Made by a program: the position numbers and the translations under genes. A stretch of 64,000 nucleotides of DNA from an uncultured Phycisphaerales bacterium. GTDB lineage: Bacteria > Planctomycetota > Phycisphaerae > Phycisphaerales > SM1A02. The notes beneath the pieces are model-generated. The model made no database searches. It saw only the letters and a list, made by a program, of their open reading frames with translations, and had not been told where the DNA came from. The stretch spans positions 1 to 64,000 of the forward strand of contig CALKEP010000004.1 of the NCBI GenBank assembly GCA_938084645.1, given 5' to 3'. Below are positions 29,586-39,716 of this stretch, one piece after another (positions within the stretch are counted from its first letter, which is position 1; the number at the start of each line of letters is the position of its first letter).

Positions 29586-31790
29586 TCAGGGACAGACTCC
29601 CCAGCCGACGAGCAGCAGACCGATGTCGATCCCGCCGACCACGCCGTCACCGTTGAGGTCCTGCTGGCACCCGCTGCACTCGCCCCAGGCGCTCAGGAGC
29701 GAACCGAAGTCGATCCCGTCGACCAAGCCGTCGCCGTTGAAGTCGGGACAACCGCCGCCACCACCGCCGCCGTCGTCGAACTCGATGATGAAGCTCTTCG
29801 CGAGCGAGTCGACCGGGACGTCGTTGAACTGATCGCTCGGACCGGTGGTGCTGAAGTGCCGCCCCACGGTGCCGTCGCCGCTGGGTTCACCCGGCGCCCA
29901 GTTGTCGTAGGTCAGCGGATCACCGGTGATCCAGGTCCACGCCCCACCGAGATTCTCGAGTCCGATGAACGGCCCGCCGTTGCCGGTCGCGGTGCCGGGC
30001 ATTTCCCAGAGGGATGTGTACGAGCCGAGATTGAGGTTGACCCAGTACGCCTCGTCCTGCGTCTCGTAGGTCACGAGGTGACCGCCGGCCTCTTCGGCCA
30101 TCGCCCGCGCCGTGTTCCAGTCGATCCTCGGCGAAACGATCACCCCACGATAGGTGTGTCCGTTGCCGCCTTCGGCCGTCGTCCAGGTGACGCCGTCGTT
30201 GATGCCGGGATCCTCGTCGAACTCGATCAGGGTGGAGCCGAAGTCGTCGTCGAAGCAGTCGTTCCAGTTCCCCGCGGGGTAGATCTGGCCGAAGTCCTCG
30301 GGCGCCGGATTGTCGTTCGGTTCACCCGGTGTCCAGTTCGTCCAGTCGAACGGCTCGCCGGTCACCCAGCCCCAGTCGCCGCCGGGCTCGGTGCCGTCGG
30401 GATTCTGCACCAGGCCGAACGCGCAGCGGGCGTAGACCGCCGGCGACCCGATCCCGACGAATCCCGTGACGAATGCGGTCTCCTCCGGCGAGGTGAGCGT
30501 GCCGAGATGTCCGCCAAGGAACTCCGCCTCGCCGGATGCAAGGGCATAGGAGCTGCCGGCACCAAGCCACTTGACCGCATAGAAGTTCCCGTTGCCGCCG
30601 TCCTCGACCGACCAGCGGGCGACGACCTCGGTCGGATACTCCGGCGGAAGTTCACCGTTCTGGATCGAGAGCGTTCCGGTTCCACTAGCGCCGTTGTAGC
30701 CACCGACCCGGAGCAGGTAGGTCTCCCCCGCGACGCCGTTGAAGGCGAGCACGGAGGTGAATCCCGAGCAGTCGGCCCCGTCGTCGTTGCAGCCGATCAG
30801 GGCGCCGTCGCAGGAGGCGTAGACCGCGAGCCGGGTGTCATAGTCCGCGTTGTCGCAGGTCGACACCACGATGCCGTCGGTCTCGTCCGGAGTCAGCAGG
30901 TACCAGATGTCGGAACCGAAACCGGTCCCGAAGCCTTCGTTGCAACTCTCCGGTAGTTCGGGGCCGTCGTCGGTGGTGTCGAGCGTGGAGAACGGCGTGG
31001 TGCCGAATTCGATCACGATCGCATCGGCACAGTCGTCGTTGGTCGGCGCCGGAGGACCGCAGACGTCGATCGCGATGGCGGCGCAGGACTCGTCCCACAC
31101 CACGTCGCAGCAGAAGGGATCCGAATCGCAGATCGTCGCACAGCACGTCGCGTCGCTGCAGCCGGGCTTGCCCGAAGCCTCCTGACAGGGCTGGGACGCG
31201 GTGCCGCACACGCCGGGGATCGGCGCACCGAGCGTGACCACCACGGCGCCCTCGAGAATCGTGCCCGCGGCGAGATCGGTGGTGTCGTCCCAGGTCGAAT
31301 AGGCGCCGACCGCGACCTCACCGTCCAGGGTGACGAAGGCGGATCCCGGATCGAAGAGCGTGGAGCCGTCGATCGGCCCGAAGGTGCCACATTCCCCGGG
31401 TTTCGCACCACCCGTGTTCTCGCCGGCGAACGGCTGCCCGAGATCGTAGAACTGCTCACCGGCCGCCCCATTCATCCGAACCGCGAGCCTGAGCTCACTC
31501 GCCCAATTCGTGGCGGTCGCGCCGTCGTTGTAGCAGGCCTCGACCACCAGTCCGCTCCAGTCGGCGGAGACGATGCGCCGTCCCGCTTCGGCGGCCACCT
31601 CGATCGCGTTGTAGTTCGAGCTTCCCGGATCGAGCCACCCGTCGGCGAGGACCCCGTAGGACATGCCCACGATCTCGAAGTCGAGCTGGACCGTGTCACC
31701 CGCCTGGACGGCTCCGCCGAGGATCGCTGGAATCGTGACGGCGGCGGCCGCCGAAACTCGGAAGCGGAACGAGGAATCGAAGGTGGTCAT
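29586..31790 (-). CDS. Secreted multidomain protein: Cys-rich module, PPC-like domain, two C-type lectin domains, C-terminal paired dockerin-like repeat; ~734 aa
   Basis: AGGAG SD before ATG 31790; signal peptide ending AVQA; CSDATCCATICDSDPFCCDVVWDESC; NDDCADA; WTPGEPND...WND; WAPGEPS; DFNGDGLVDGIDFG / DLNGDGVVGGIDIG. Confidence 0.85.
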   Translation of the reverse strand: MTTFDSSFRFRVSAAAAVTIPAILGGAVQAGDTVQLDFEIVGMSYGVLADGWLDPGSSNYNAIEVAAEAGRRIVSADWSGLVVEACYNDGATATNWASELRLAVRMNGAAGEQFYDLGQPFAGENTGGAKPGECGTFGPIDGSTLFDPGSAFVTLDGEVAVGAYSTWDDTTDLAAGTILEGAVVVTLGAPIPGVCGTASQPCQEASGKPGCSDATCCATICDSDPFCCDVVWDESCAAIAIDVCGPPAPTNDDCADAIVIEFGTTPFSTLDTTDDGPELPESCNEGFGTGFGSDIWYLLTPDETDGIVVSTCDNADYDTRLAVYASCDGALIGCNDDGADCSGFTSVLAFNGVAGETYLLRVGGYNGASGTGTLSIQNGELPPEYPTEVVARWSVEDGGNGNFYAVKWLGAGSSYALASGEAEFLGGHLGTLTSPEETAFVTGFVGIGSPAVYARCAFGLVQNPDGTEPGGDWGWVTGEPFDWTNWTPGEPNDNPAPEDFGQIYPAGNWNDCFDDDFGSTLIEFDEDPGINDGVTWTTAEGGNGHTYRGVIVSPRIDWNTARAMAEEAGGHLVTYETQDEAYWVNLNLGSYTSLWEMPGTATGNGGPFIGLENLGGAWTWITGDPLTYDNWAPGEPSGDGTVGRHFSTTGPSDQFNDVPVDSLAKSFIIEFDDGGGGGGGCPDFNGDGLVDGIDFGSLLSAWGECSGCQQDLNGDGVVGGIDIGLLLVGWGVCP

Positions 31791-32022
31791 CTCTGAAACT
31801 CCTGTCGCGTCGGTTGGGGAAAACCCCGAATCGTTGGTTTCAAAGGTACCGGACACCGTCCACGGTGCGAGGCAAGAACCCGGGGAGAGACCGTTTCCCG
31901 TTCGTTCCCGGCGACCGGGTCTCGAGTTATCGGATGACGGCAAGGCCGGTGTCTCCGGCCGGATGATCCCTTGCGGTGCCTCCGAATCGGGATCCGGATC
32001 CTCACGAAGTGTTACACGCGCT

Positions 32023-32038
32023 TGATACACTCGTTTGA
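32023..32038. promoter_or_regulatory. Possible TetR operator (imperfect palindrome)
   Basis: TGATACACTCGTTTGA, an AT-rich imperfect inverted repeat about 35 nt upstream of the tetR start. Confidence 0.3.
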
Positions 32039-32070
32039 TTCCGTCTTGCTCACCATCCGGGCCCCCTGCG

Positions 32071-32694
32071 ATGACCACCCGAGAGGACATTCTCACCGCC
32101 GCCGTCGAGATCTTCGCCGAGAAGGGACTCGACGGTGCCTCGGTGCGGGAGATCTGCCAGGCCGCCGGAACCAATTCCGCGTCGATCAACTACCACTTCG
32201 AGAGCAAGGCGGCGCTCTACCGGGCGGTCGTGGAACTCGCCTATCGCGCTGCGACGGTCCATCCGATGCCGACCCTCGAGGATCATGACGGGGACCCGCA
32301 TCGCGCGCTCGCGGCGTGGATCAACTGGTACCTCCACCGGATCCTCGAGCCCGGCGGCGACGCCGCCAATCGCCTGCTCCTCCGCGAATCCGCCAACCCT
32401 TCGGGGGCGCTGGACGGATTCGTCGCCTCCGTCATCTATCCGGTCTACGAGGGACTCGAGCGGATCGTCGAGCGAATGTGCCCTCGGGAGCTCGACGCCC
32501 GGCGCATGCATCTGCAGTGTGTCTCGATCCTCGGACAGTGCCTCGTGCATCGCGTGTGTCGTCCGATGCTCGAGAAGCTCCCCGTCGAACCGCCGATCCA
32601 CGAGGCCGGCATCCCGGACATCGCGGCGATCGTCACCGCCAATGCGCTCGCCGCGATCGATTCGACCCGCGCGTCCGTGGAGGAGTCCTCATGA
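32071..32694 (+). CDS. TetR-family regulator (CecR-like)
   Basis: ILTAAVEIFAEKGLDGASVREICQAAGTNSASINYHFESKAALY HTH; first gene of the efflux operon. Confidence 0.92.
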   Translation: MTTREDILTAAVEIFAEKGLDGASVREICQAAGTNSASINYHFESKAALYRAVVELAYRAATVHPMPTLEDHDGDPHRALAAWINWYLHRILEPGGDAANRLLLRESANPSGALDGFVASVIYPVYEGLERIVERMCPRELDARRMHLQCVSILGQCLVHRVCRPMLEKLPVEPPIHEAGIPDIAAIVTANALAAIDSTRASVEESS

Positions 32695-34175
32695 ACTCCT
32701 CGCGACGACTTCCGACCGTCCTCCTCGTCACGATCGCCTTCGCAGGCTGCAGCCCCCATGCGCTCCGCGACACCGATCTGCCCGAAGTGGAGATCCCCGA
32801 ACGCTTCGAAGCCCCGGACGGCCCCGAGGTCGCGGCCCCCGATGCCTGGTGGACGAGTTTCGGTGAACCGGCACTGGACCGCACCATGCAGGCGGCGTTC
32901 GAATCGAACCTCGGTCTGCGACAGGCCTGGTCGCGTCTCGAACAGTCGAACGCCCAGGCGAGGATCGCCGGCGCCTTCCTGTATCCCGAGATCAACCTCG
33001 ATGCGTCCGCCGCCCGCACCCGCACCGATCCCGCCGACTTCCCCGCGAACACGTCGGACCGGTTCGCCGTCGGACTGGGCCTCACCTGGGAACTGGATCT
33101 CTGGAAACGGATCGCCAACCGCGCGGACGCCGCGTCCCTGCTCGCCCGCGCGAGCCGCGCGGACGCCGAACAGACCGCCCTCCTTCTGTCGGGTTCGATC
33201 ACCGAACTCTGGTTCTCGATCCAGGAGCAGGAGCAGTTGCTGATCCTCTTCGAGGAACAGATCCGACTGAGCCGGACGTTGCTGGAGCTCACCGAACTGC
33301 GCTTCGGGCAGGGCGTCGGCGACGGGCTGCAGGTCCTGCAGCAGCGGCTCCAGCTCGAGTCGGTGATCGCGGCGATTCCGGAGGTCCGGTCGATCCTCGA
33401 GACGAATCGAAACCAGCTCGCGGTCCTGCTCGCCCGCACGCCGGAGTCCCTCGAGACCGACGACCCCTTCGATGCGACGCCCACCCTTCCGGAACTCCCG
33501 CCGTTTCCTTCGCTGCCCTCGCCCCGGGATCTCCTCGAACGTCGGCCGGATCTCCGGGCCGCCCATGATCGCGTGGCCGCCGCGGATCTCGAAGTCGCGG
33601 TGGCGATCGCGGACATGCTTCCGGCCCTCCGCCTCTCGCTCGACGGTCGATTCTCGGGTGATCAGGTCTCGAGCCTCTTCGACTCGACGATCGCGAGTCT
33701 CTCGGGGGCCCTGCTCCAGCCGGTGTTCGACGCCGACCGCCGCGGGGCCGAGGCGGACCGCCGCCGGGCGATCCTCCAGGAGCGGGTCGACGGGTTCACC
33801 GAACGGTTCATCATCGCCCTGCGCGAAGTCGAGGATGCGATCGATCGCGAACGGAATCTGGTCGAACTGCTCGAACAGGTCCGGATCCAGGTGGACCTCG
33901 CGGACCGGACCCTGATCGAGAGCCGGATTCGATTCGCGAACGCCCAGATCGAATACCTCGACGTCATCACCGCCATCCGCGCCCTCCAGGATCTCCAGCG
34001 TCGGGAGATCGGCGTGCAACGCTCGGTGCTCGCCAACCGAGCCCGACTCCTCCTCGCGATCGGCGGCGCCTGGACCCGCGATCTCGCGCCCCCGGACGAC
34101 CCGGAGATCGCCGAAGCGGACGACCGCATCGACGGGGCGCCCGACGACCAGTCCTTCCGGAACACCGAGACATGA
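32691..34175 (+). CDS. RND efflux outer-membrane factor lipoprotein (NodT/TolC family), ~494 aa
   Basis: GGAGGAG SD; lipobox IAFAGC; WWTSFGEPALD, WELDLW, LLERRPDLRAA. Confidence 0.9.
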   Translation: MNSSRRLPTVLLVTIAFAGCSPHALRDTDLPEVEIPERFEAPDGPEVAAPDAWWTSFGEPALDRTMQAAFESNLGLRQAWSRLEQSNAQARIAGAFLYPEINLDASAARTRTDPADFPANTSDRFAVGLGLTWELDLWKRIANRADAASLLARASRADAEQTALLLSGSITELWFSIQEQEQLLILFEEQIRLSRTLLELTELRFGQGVGDGLQVLQQRLQLESVIAAIPEVRSILETNRNQLAVLLARTPESLETDDPFDATPTLPELPPFPSLPSPRDLLERRPDLRAAHDRVAAADLEVAVAIADMLPALRLSLDGRFSGDQVSSLFDSTIASLSGALLQPVFDADRRGAEADRRRAILQERVDGFTERFIIALREVEDAIDRERNLVELLEQVRIQVDLADRTLIESRIRFANAQIEYLDVITAIRALQDLQRREIGVQRSVLANRARLLLAIGGAWTRDLAPPDDPEIAEADDRIDGAPDDQSFRNTET

Positions 34176-35464
34176 ACCAGGCCGACACCGAATCCCCCGA
34201 CTCCGCCCTTCCGCCCGCTCCGGTGCGCTGGCTGGTGGCCCTCGTCCGGGTGCTGATCCCCGTGCTGTTCCTCGCCGCGGCGATCTACGGCACCATGAGA
34301 CTGCTCGCGGAGAAGCCCGAACCCGCGCGAGCCGAGGCCGAATCGGTCACCACGCTCGTCGAGACGATCGTTCCCGAACCTCGCGACGACGTGGCCGAGA
34401 TCGTCACCTACGGAACGATCGAACCGAACCGCACGCTGACCCTTCAGACCCAGGTCGGCGGCCTGGTCGTCGGACTCAACGACGCCCTCCAGCCGGGTGG
34501 GATCGTGAAGGCGGGCGAACGCCTGCTCGAGATCGATCCGCGGGACTACGAACTCACGGTCCGGCAGCGCGAGGCCGATGTGGCGAACGCCACCGTCGCG
34601 CTCCGGCTCGAGAACGCACGCGGTCTCGTCGCCCAGCGTGAGTGGGATCTGCTGGGCGACTCGGTGGAGACGTCCGACGTCGGACGCGAGCTCGCCCGCC
34701 GCGACCCGCAGCGGGTCGAGAAGGAGGTGATGCTCGAGGCCGCGAAGAGTCGGCTCGAAGCGGCCGAGCTCGCCCTCGAGCGGACCACGATCGAGTCGCC
34801 GTTCAACGGACTGGTGCGGGCGGACGAGGTCGAGATCGGTCAGGTCGTCTCGCCCCAGTCGAGAATCGCGACCATCGTCGGCACCGACCGGTTCGACGTC
34901 CTGGTCTCCGTCCCCCTCGACAAGCTCGACTGGATCCGGATCGATCCGGACGACCCCGAGACGAACTCCGAGGCCCGGATCGTTCTCGAGCTGGGCGACG
35001 GCAGGACGATCGAGCGGTCGGGTCGGGTCGATCGCCTGCTCGGAGAGGTCGAGCGGGCCGGGCGACTGGCCCGGGTCCGGATCCTCGTCGAGGACCCCCT
35101 CGGACTCGAGGACGCCGGATCGCGTGACGAGACGCTCGATCCGCTGCTGTTGGGAAGTTACGTGCGGGTCGAGATCACGGGCCCCCCGGTCGAGGGCGTG
35201 CTCGAGCTCCCTCGCGCGGTGGTTCGCAACAACGAGTCGATCTGGGTGATGGATGCCGGGCGACGCCTTCGATTCCGGGATCTGGACGTGATCGTCGGCC
35301 GGCCCGACACGGTTCTGGCTCGCGTCGCGCTCGAACCGGGTGACGAGATCGTGAGCAGTCCCCTTCCCGTCGCGATCCCCGGCATGCCGCTGGAACGTCT
35401 CGGCGCCCCCGGCGACGCGGGCGACTCCCCGGAGACCGACGGCGACGCCGGAGCCGAACGATGA
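34172..35464 (+). CDS. RND efflux periplasmic adaptor (MFP)
   Basis: N-terminal TM; QVGG, LLEIDPRDY, LERTTIESPFNG; ATGA overlaps with both neighbours. Confidence 0.9.
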   Translation: MNQADTESPDSALPPAPVRWLVALVRVLIPVLFLAAAIYGTMRLLAEKPEPARAEAESVTTLVETIVPEPRDDVAEIVTYGTIEPNRTLTLQTQVGGLVVGLNDALQPGGIVKAGERLLEIDPRDYELTVRQREADVANATVALRLENARGLVAQREWDLLGDSVETSDVGRELARRDPQRVEKEVMLEAAKSRLEAAELALERTTIESPFNGLVRADEVEIGQVVSPQSRIATIVGTDRFDVLVSVPLDKLDWIRIDPDDPETNSEARIVLELGDGRTIERSGRVDRLLGEVERAGRLARVRILVEDPLGLEDAGSRDETLDPLLLGSYVRVEITGPPVEGVLELPRAVVRNNESIWVMDAGRRLRFRDLDVIVGRPDTVLARVALEPGDEIVSSPLPVAIPGMPLERLGAPGDAGDSPETDGDAGAER

Positions 35465-38400
35465 GACGCCGTTCGAAGAACGGCGGCCCGGTCGCCTGGA
35501 TGGCGGGACACCCCGTCGCCGCGAACCTTCTGATGATCGCGCTGCTCATCGGTGGCGTGATGTCCGCGCTTCGCGTCCGACAGGAGGTCTTCCCCTCGTT
35601 CTCCCTCGACGTGATCGGCATCTCGGTGCCCTATCCCGGGGCGAGCCCCGAGGAGGTCGAGCGCGGAATCATCACGGTCGTCGAGGATGCCGTCCGCGGG
35701 CTCGACGGCGTGAAGAAGATCACCAGCACCGCCAGCGAAGGTCGTGGTTCGGTCAGCGTCGAACTTCAACTGACCGCCGCCCCGGACCGGGTCCTCCAGA
35801 ACGTCAAGAACGCGGTGGACCGGATCACCACGCTTCCCGAGGATGCGGAACGACCGACCGTGAGCCTGCTCGAGAACCGGAACCGGGTGATGAACATCGC
35901 GGTCGCCGGCGACTTTCCGGCGAAGGTGCTCCGCGACACGGCGGAACGGATTCGGGACGAACTCGCGATTCGCGAGGGAATCACGCTCGTCCAGCTGGGC
36001 GATGCGAAACCGCTCGAGATCTCGATCGAGATCCCCGAGGCGACGCTTCGGTCCTTCGACCTGACGCTCGACCAGGTCGCGGCGGAGATTCGCCGGGCCG
36101 CGATCGACCTTCCCGCCGGCAGCCTCAAGACCGACGCCGGGGAGATCCTCTTTCGAACCACGGAACGTCGCGACTTCGGTCGGGAGTTCGCGGACATTCC
36201 GATCATCTCCCGCCCCGACGGATCGACCGTCCGACTCGGGGAGATCGCGGTCATCGTGGATGGTTTCGCCGACCTCGATCTCCAACCCACGCTGGACGGA
36301 CTTCCCGCCGCGACCGTCGACGTGTTCCGCGTCGGCGACGAGACGCCGATCTCCGTCTCCGACGAAGTGAAGCGGTACCTCGAGGAACTCCGCCCCGGAC
36401 TGCCCGCCGGCATGGCCCTCGAGATCATTCGCGACGACTCGGACTCCTATCGACAGCGGATCGACCTGCTGGTGCGGAACGCGGCGATCGGGCTGGGACT
36501 CGTCCTCCTGATGCTGGGCCTCTTCCTCGAGCCGCGACTCGCCTTCTGGGTCACGCTCGGCATTCCGATCTCGATCCTCGGCTCGTTCCTCTTCCTCGCT
36601 CAGACCGACGCGTCGATCAACATGATCTCGCTCTTCGCGTTCATCGTGACGCTGGGGATCATCGTCGACGACGCGGTGGTGGTCGGCGAGAACATCTTCG
36701 AGAAGCGGGAGGCCGGGATGCCGGCGCTCGAGGCGGCGATCGCGGGAGCGCGGCAGATCTCCGGCCCCGTGACCTTCGCGGTCCTGACCAACATGGTGGC
36801 CTTCGCGCCGATGTTGTTCGTCCCCGGCGCCAGCGGCAAGCTGTTCATGCAGATTCCGGCGGTCGCGATCAGCGTCTTCGCGGTCTCCCTGATCGAGTCG
36901 CTCTTCGTGCTGCCGGCCCATCTCTCGCACGCCCCGCGGACCACGCTCTTCTGGCGGATCCTCTCGATCCCGAGCACCTACTTCGAACGGTGGCTCCACG
37001 CGTTCATCCGACACGTCTACCGCCCGGTCGCGATGGAGGCGACCCGGAACCGGTACGGCACCATCGCGATCGGCATCGCCATGCTGATGATCGCGGTCGC
37101 GACGCTGGTGAGCGGGCGCATCCCCTTCACCTTCCTTCCGAAGATCGATGCCGACTTCGTCCGGGTGAACGCGGTGCTCCCGGTCGGGGTTCCCGTCGAG
37201 CGGACCATCGAGGTCCAGGACCGCCTCCTCGCCGGCCTTGCGAAGACGATCGAGGAATCGGGCGGGGTCGACGTGGTCGAGAACGTCTACGGCGTCCTCG
37301 GCGGCGGCATCGGCGGTTTCGGGCCGGTCCAGCAGGCGGGCTCGAACGGTTCGCATCTCCTCGGGATCCAGGCGTCGCTGGTGACGCAGGATCGTCGCAT
37401 GGTGTCCGCCGGTGACTTCTCCCGAAGGTGGCGGGAGAACACCGGACGAATCGCCGGCCTGGAATCGATCTCCTTCCGGAGCGAGACCGGTCGATCCAGC
37501 GGCGCCGCGATCGACGTCCAGTTGAGCCACCGCGACACCGCGGTGCTCGACCTGGCGAGCCTCGCGCTCGCCGAACGCCTCCAGGAGTTCGCCGGCGTGA
37601 ACGACATCGACGCCGGAGTCTCGCTCGGCAAGGCGCAGTTCAATCTCCAGATCACCCCCGAGGCCCGCAGCCTGGGGCTCACCGCCGCCGAACTCGCGCG
37701 ACAGACCCGCGGGTACTTCTACGGGGTCGAGGCCCTGCGGCAGCAGCGCGGACGCAATGAAGTCCGGGTGATGGTGCGACTGCCCGACTCGGAGCGAAGC
37801 ACGCTCGACACCGTGGAGAAGGCGGTGCTCCGCACGCCGGCCGGAACCGAGATCCCCTTCTCGGAAGCCGCGGTCTCGACCGAAGGTCGGGCCTACACCA
37901 GCATCAAGCGGACCGATGGCCGCCGTGTGAACTCGGTCACCGCCGACATCGACACCGAGGTGGCGAACGGGAACGAGATCACCGCGGCCCTCGATGCATC
38001 GGTGCTTCCCCGCCTCCAGCGGGAGTTCCCGGGGCTCACCTGGACCTTCGAGGGCGAGCAGAATGCGCAGGCGGAGTCGCTCCAGAGCCTCGGCACCGGC
38101 TTCGTGGCCGCGCTCTTCGTGATCTACGCCCTCCTCGCCATTCCCTTCCGCAGCTGGGTGCAGCCGCTGGTCGTGATGGTCGCGATTCCATTCGGAATCA
38201 TCGGCGCCGTCATCGGCCACGTCGTGATGGGCTACGGGTTCAGCATCATCTCGATCTTCGGGATCGTCGCCCTCTCCGGCGTCGTGGTGAACGACTCGCT
38301 GGTGCTGGTCGTGACGATCAACGAGATGCGCCGGAATCGTCCCGAACTCTCGCTCCGCGAGATGGTGGTGGCCGCCGGGGCCCGACGCTTCCGACCGATC

Positions 38401-38664
38401 CTCCTCACCAGCGTGACGACGTTCTTCGGACTCATGCCGATGGTGCTCGAAACGTCGATGCAGGCGAGGTTCCTGATTCCGATGGCGATCTCGATCGCGT
38501 TCGGAATCATCTTCGCGACCTTCATCATCCTGCTGCTGGTGCCCGCGATCTATCTCGCGATCGAGGATGGAATCGGACTCGCTTCCTGGTTGGGACGCGA
38601 GAAGCGGAACGCGACGCCGGTTCCGTCGACCGACGCCCGCGAGGGACTACCGACCGATCGATGA
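35461..38664 (+). CDS. RND efflux permease (AcrB/AcrD/AcrF family), 1067 aa
   Basis: YPGASPEEVE, GIIVDDAVVVGENI, GVVVNDS, RFRPILLTS. Confidence 0.95.
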   Translation: MRRRSKNGGPVAWMAGHPVAANLLMIALLIGGVMSALRVRQEVFPSFSLDVIGISVPYPGASPEEVERGIITVVEDAVRGLDGVKKITSTASEGRGSVSVELQLTAAPDRVLQNVKNAVDRITTLPEDAERPTVSLLENRNRVMNIAVAGDFPAKVLRDTAERIRDELAIREGITLVQLGDAKPLEISIEIPEATLRSFDLTLDQVAAEIRRAAIDLPAGSLKTDAGEILFRTTERRDFGREFADIPIISRPDGSTVRLGEIAVIVDGFADLDLQPTLDGLPAATVDVFRVGDETPISVSDEVKRYLEELRPGLPAGMALEIIRDDSDSYRQRIDLLVRNAAIGLGLVLLMLGLFLEPRLAFWVTLGIPISILGSFLFLAQTDASINMISLFAFIVTLGIIVDDAVVVGENIFEKREAGMPALEAAIAGARQISGPVTFAVLTNMVAFAPMLFVPGASGKLFMQIPAVAISVFAVSLIESLFVLPAHLSHAPRTTLFWRILSIPSTYFERWLHAFIRHVYRPVAMEATRNRYGTIAIGIAMLMIAVATLVSGRIPFTFLPKIDADFVRVNAVLPVGVPVERTIEVQDRLLAGLAKTIEESGGVDVVENVYGVLGGGIGGFGPVQQAGSNGSHLLGIQASLVTQDRRMVSAGDFSRRWRENTGRIAGLESISFRSETGRSSGAAIDVQLSHRDTAVLDLASLALAERLQEFAGVNDIDAGVSLGKAQFNLQITPEARSLGLTAAELARQTRGYFYGVEALRQQRGRNEVRVMVRLPDSERSTLDTVEKAVLRTPAGTEIPFSEAAVSTEGRAYTSIKRTDGRRVNSVTADIDTEVANGNEITAALDASVLPRLQREFPGLTWTFEGEQNAQAESLQSLGTGFVAALFVIYALLAIPFRSWVQPLVVMVAIPFGIIGAVIGHVVMGYGFSIISIFGIVALSGVVVNDSLVLVVTINEMRRNRPELSLREMVVAAGARRFRPILLTSVTTFFGLMPMVLETSMQARFLIPMAISIAFGIIFATFIILLLVPAIYLAIEDGIGLASWLGREKRNATPVPSTDAREGLPTDR

Positions 38665-39411
38665 TGGACCGATCCGCCTTGCGACGAGCGTCACCGCGGC
38701 CGGACCGGAGTCGAAGGTGCAGGCGAAGCCCGCGGCCTCGAGCATGGCGATTCGATCGACGAGCCGCATCCCCGCGGACCGGTCGCCCCCCCTGACTCCG
38801 CGCGATTCGACTTCGACCCCGAGGCGGTCGAACGCTCGTCGCAGCGGACCGATGACCCGCAGCGGCGAGAAGCCGATGCGATGAAGGATCCTCGCCCGAA
38901 GGGAATCGGGCCGTTCGACACGATCGATCTCGACGAAGACGCCCTCCGATCGCATCGATGCCGCGATGGCCGCGTAGAGGCGTCGGACCGACTTCGCCGA
39001 CAGATGATGAAGCGTCATGCTGGAGATCGCACCGTCGATCCGACCCAGCCCGATCAGGGCGTCGGGATCCGCGAGATCGCGAGGATGCAGCTCGACGCGA
39101 TCCGACCAGGGTGCGAGCCGTTCCTTCGCCCGCGCGATCATCGGCCCGGAGACGTCGACGCCAACGAGGCGGATCCTCGGATACGCCTCGAGCAGCTGCG
39201 CCGCCTGATCACCCCATCCGATTCCGAGTTCGAGGATCCGAGCGTCGGAATCCCGTTCCAACTCCAGCCCGTCGATTCCCCGCGCGTATCGACGCCGTCG
39301 ATTCGACCCGCGCGCCTCGGATTCCCGAACCCAGCATTCGACGTATTCCTCGTCCATCCACGGGTGCCCGTGCGGACCACTCCAAGGCGACCTGAACAGA
39401 CGCGTTCGCAA
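38647..39411 (-). CDS. Class I SAM-dependent methyltransferase
   Basis: ILELGIGWG, VGVDVSGPMI, ISSMTLHHL. Start position uncertain. Confidence 0.8.
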   Translation of the reverse strand: MRTRLFRSPWSGPHGHPWMDEEYVECWVRESEARGSNRRRRYARGIDGLELERDSDARILELGIGWGDQAAQLLEAYPRIRLVGVDVSGPMIARAKERLAPWSDRVELHPRDLADPDALIGLGRIDGAISSMTLHHLSAKSVRRLYAAIAASMRSEGVFVEIDRVERPDSLRARILHRIGFSPLRVIGPLRRAFDRLGVEVESRGVRGGDRSAGMRLVDRIAMLEAAGFACTFDSGPAAVTLVARRIGPSSIGR

Positions 39412-39716
39412 CGAATCCCACCTTCCTCGAACTCGGGCCGAAACACGACCCCACGGTTGGTTCGACGATGCAACCGGACGCCGCGCGTCTGGCTCCTGAC
39501 CGGCAACGGGTCGTCGGTCCCGATGGATCGAAGAACCGCCGGAACACCCGGCCGGAACGAGCGATGGTGCTCGCTGGAGAAACGGGCGATCGCGAACCGC
39601 GGGATGATACCTGATGCGATCCGGTACACACGTCGTCGCCCGCGGACCGGCATCGGCGGCCCCGGCAGCGGCCCCCGAGACTCCGTGGTCGCCCTCCCGA
39701 TGTCGTAGACTCCGCC

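Noticed and set aside
35158..38220. 1020-aa minus-strand ORF and similar long shadows (16101-18131, 28015-29832, 44205-46964, 56646-58733, 63028-63996)
   Set aside because: Each lies antisense to a well-supported gene and lacks family motifs.
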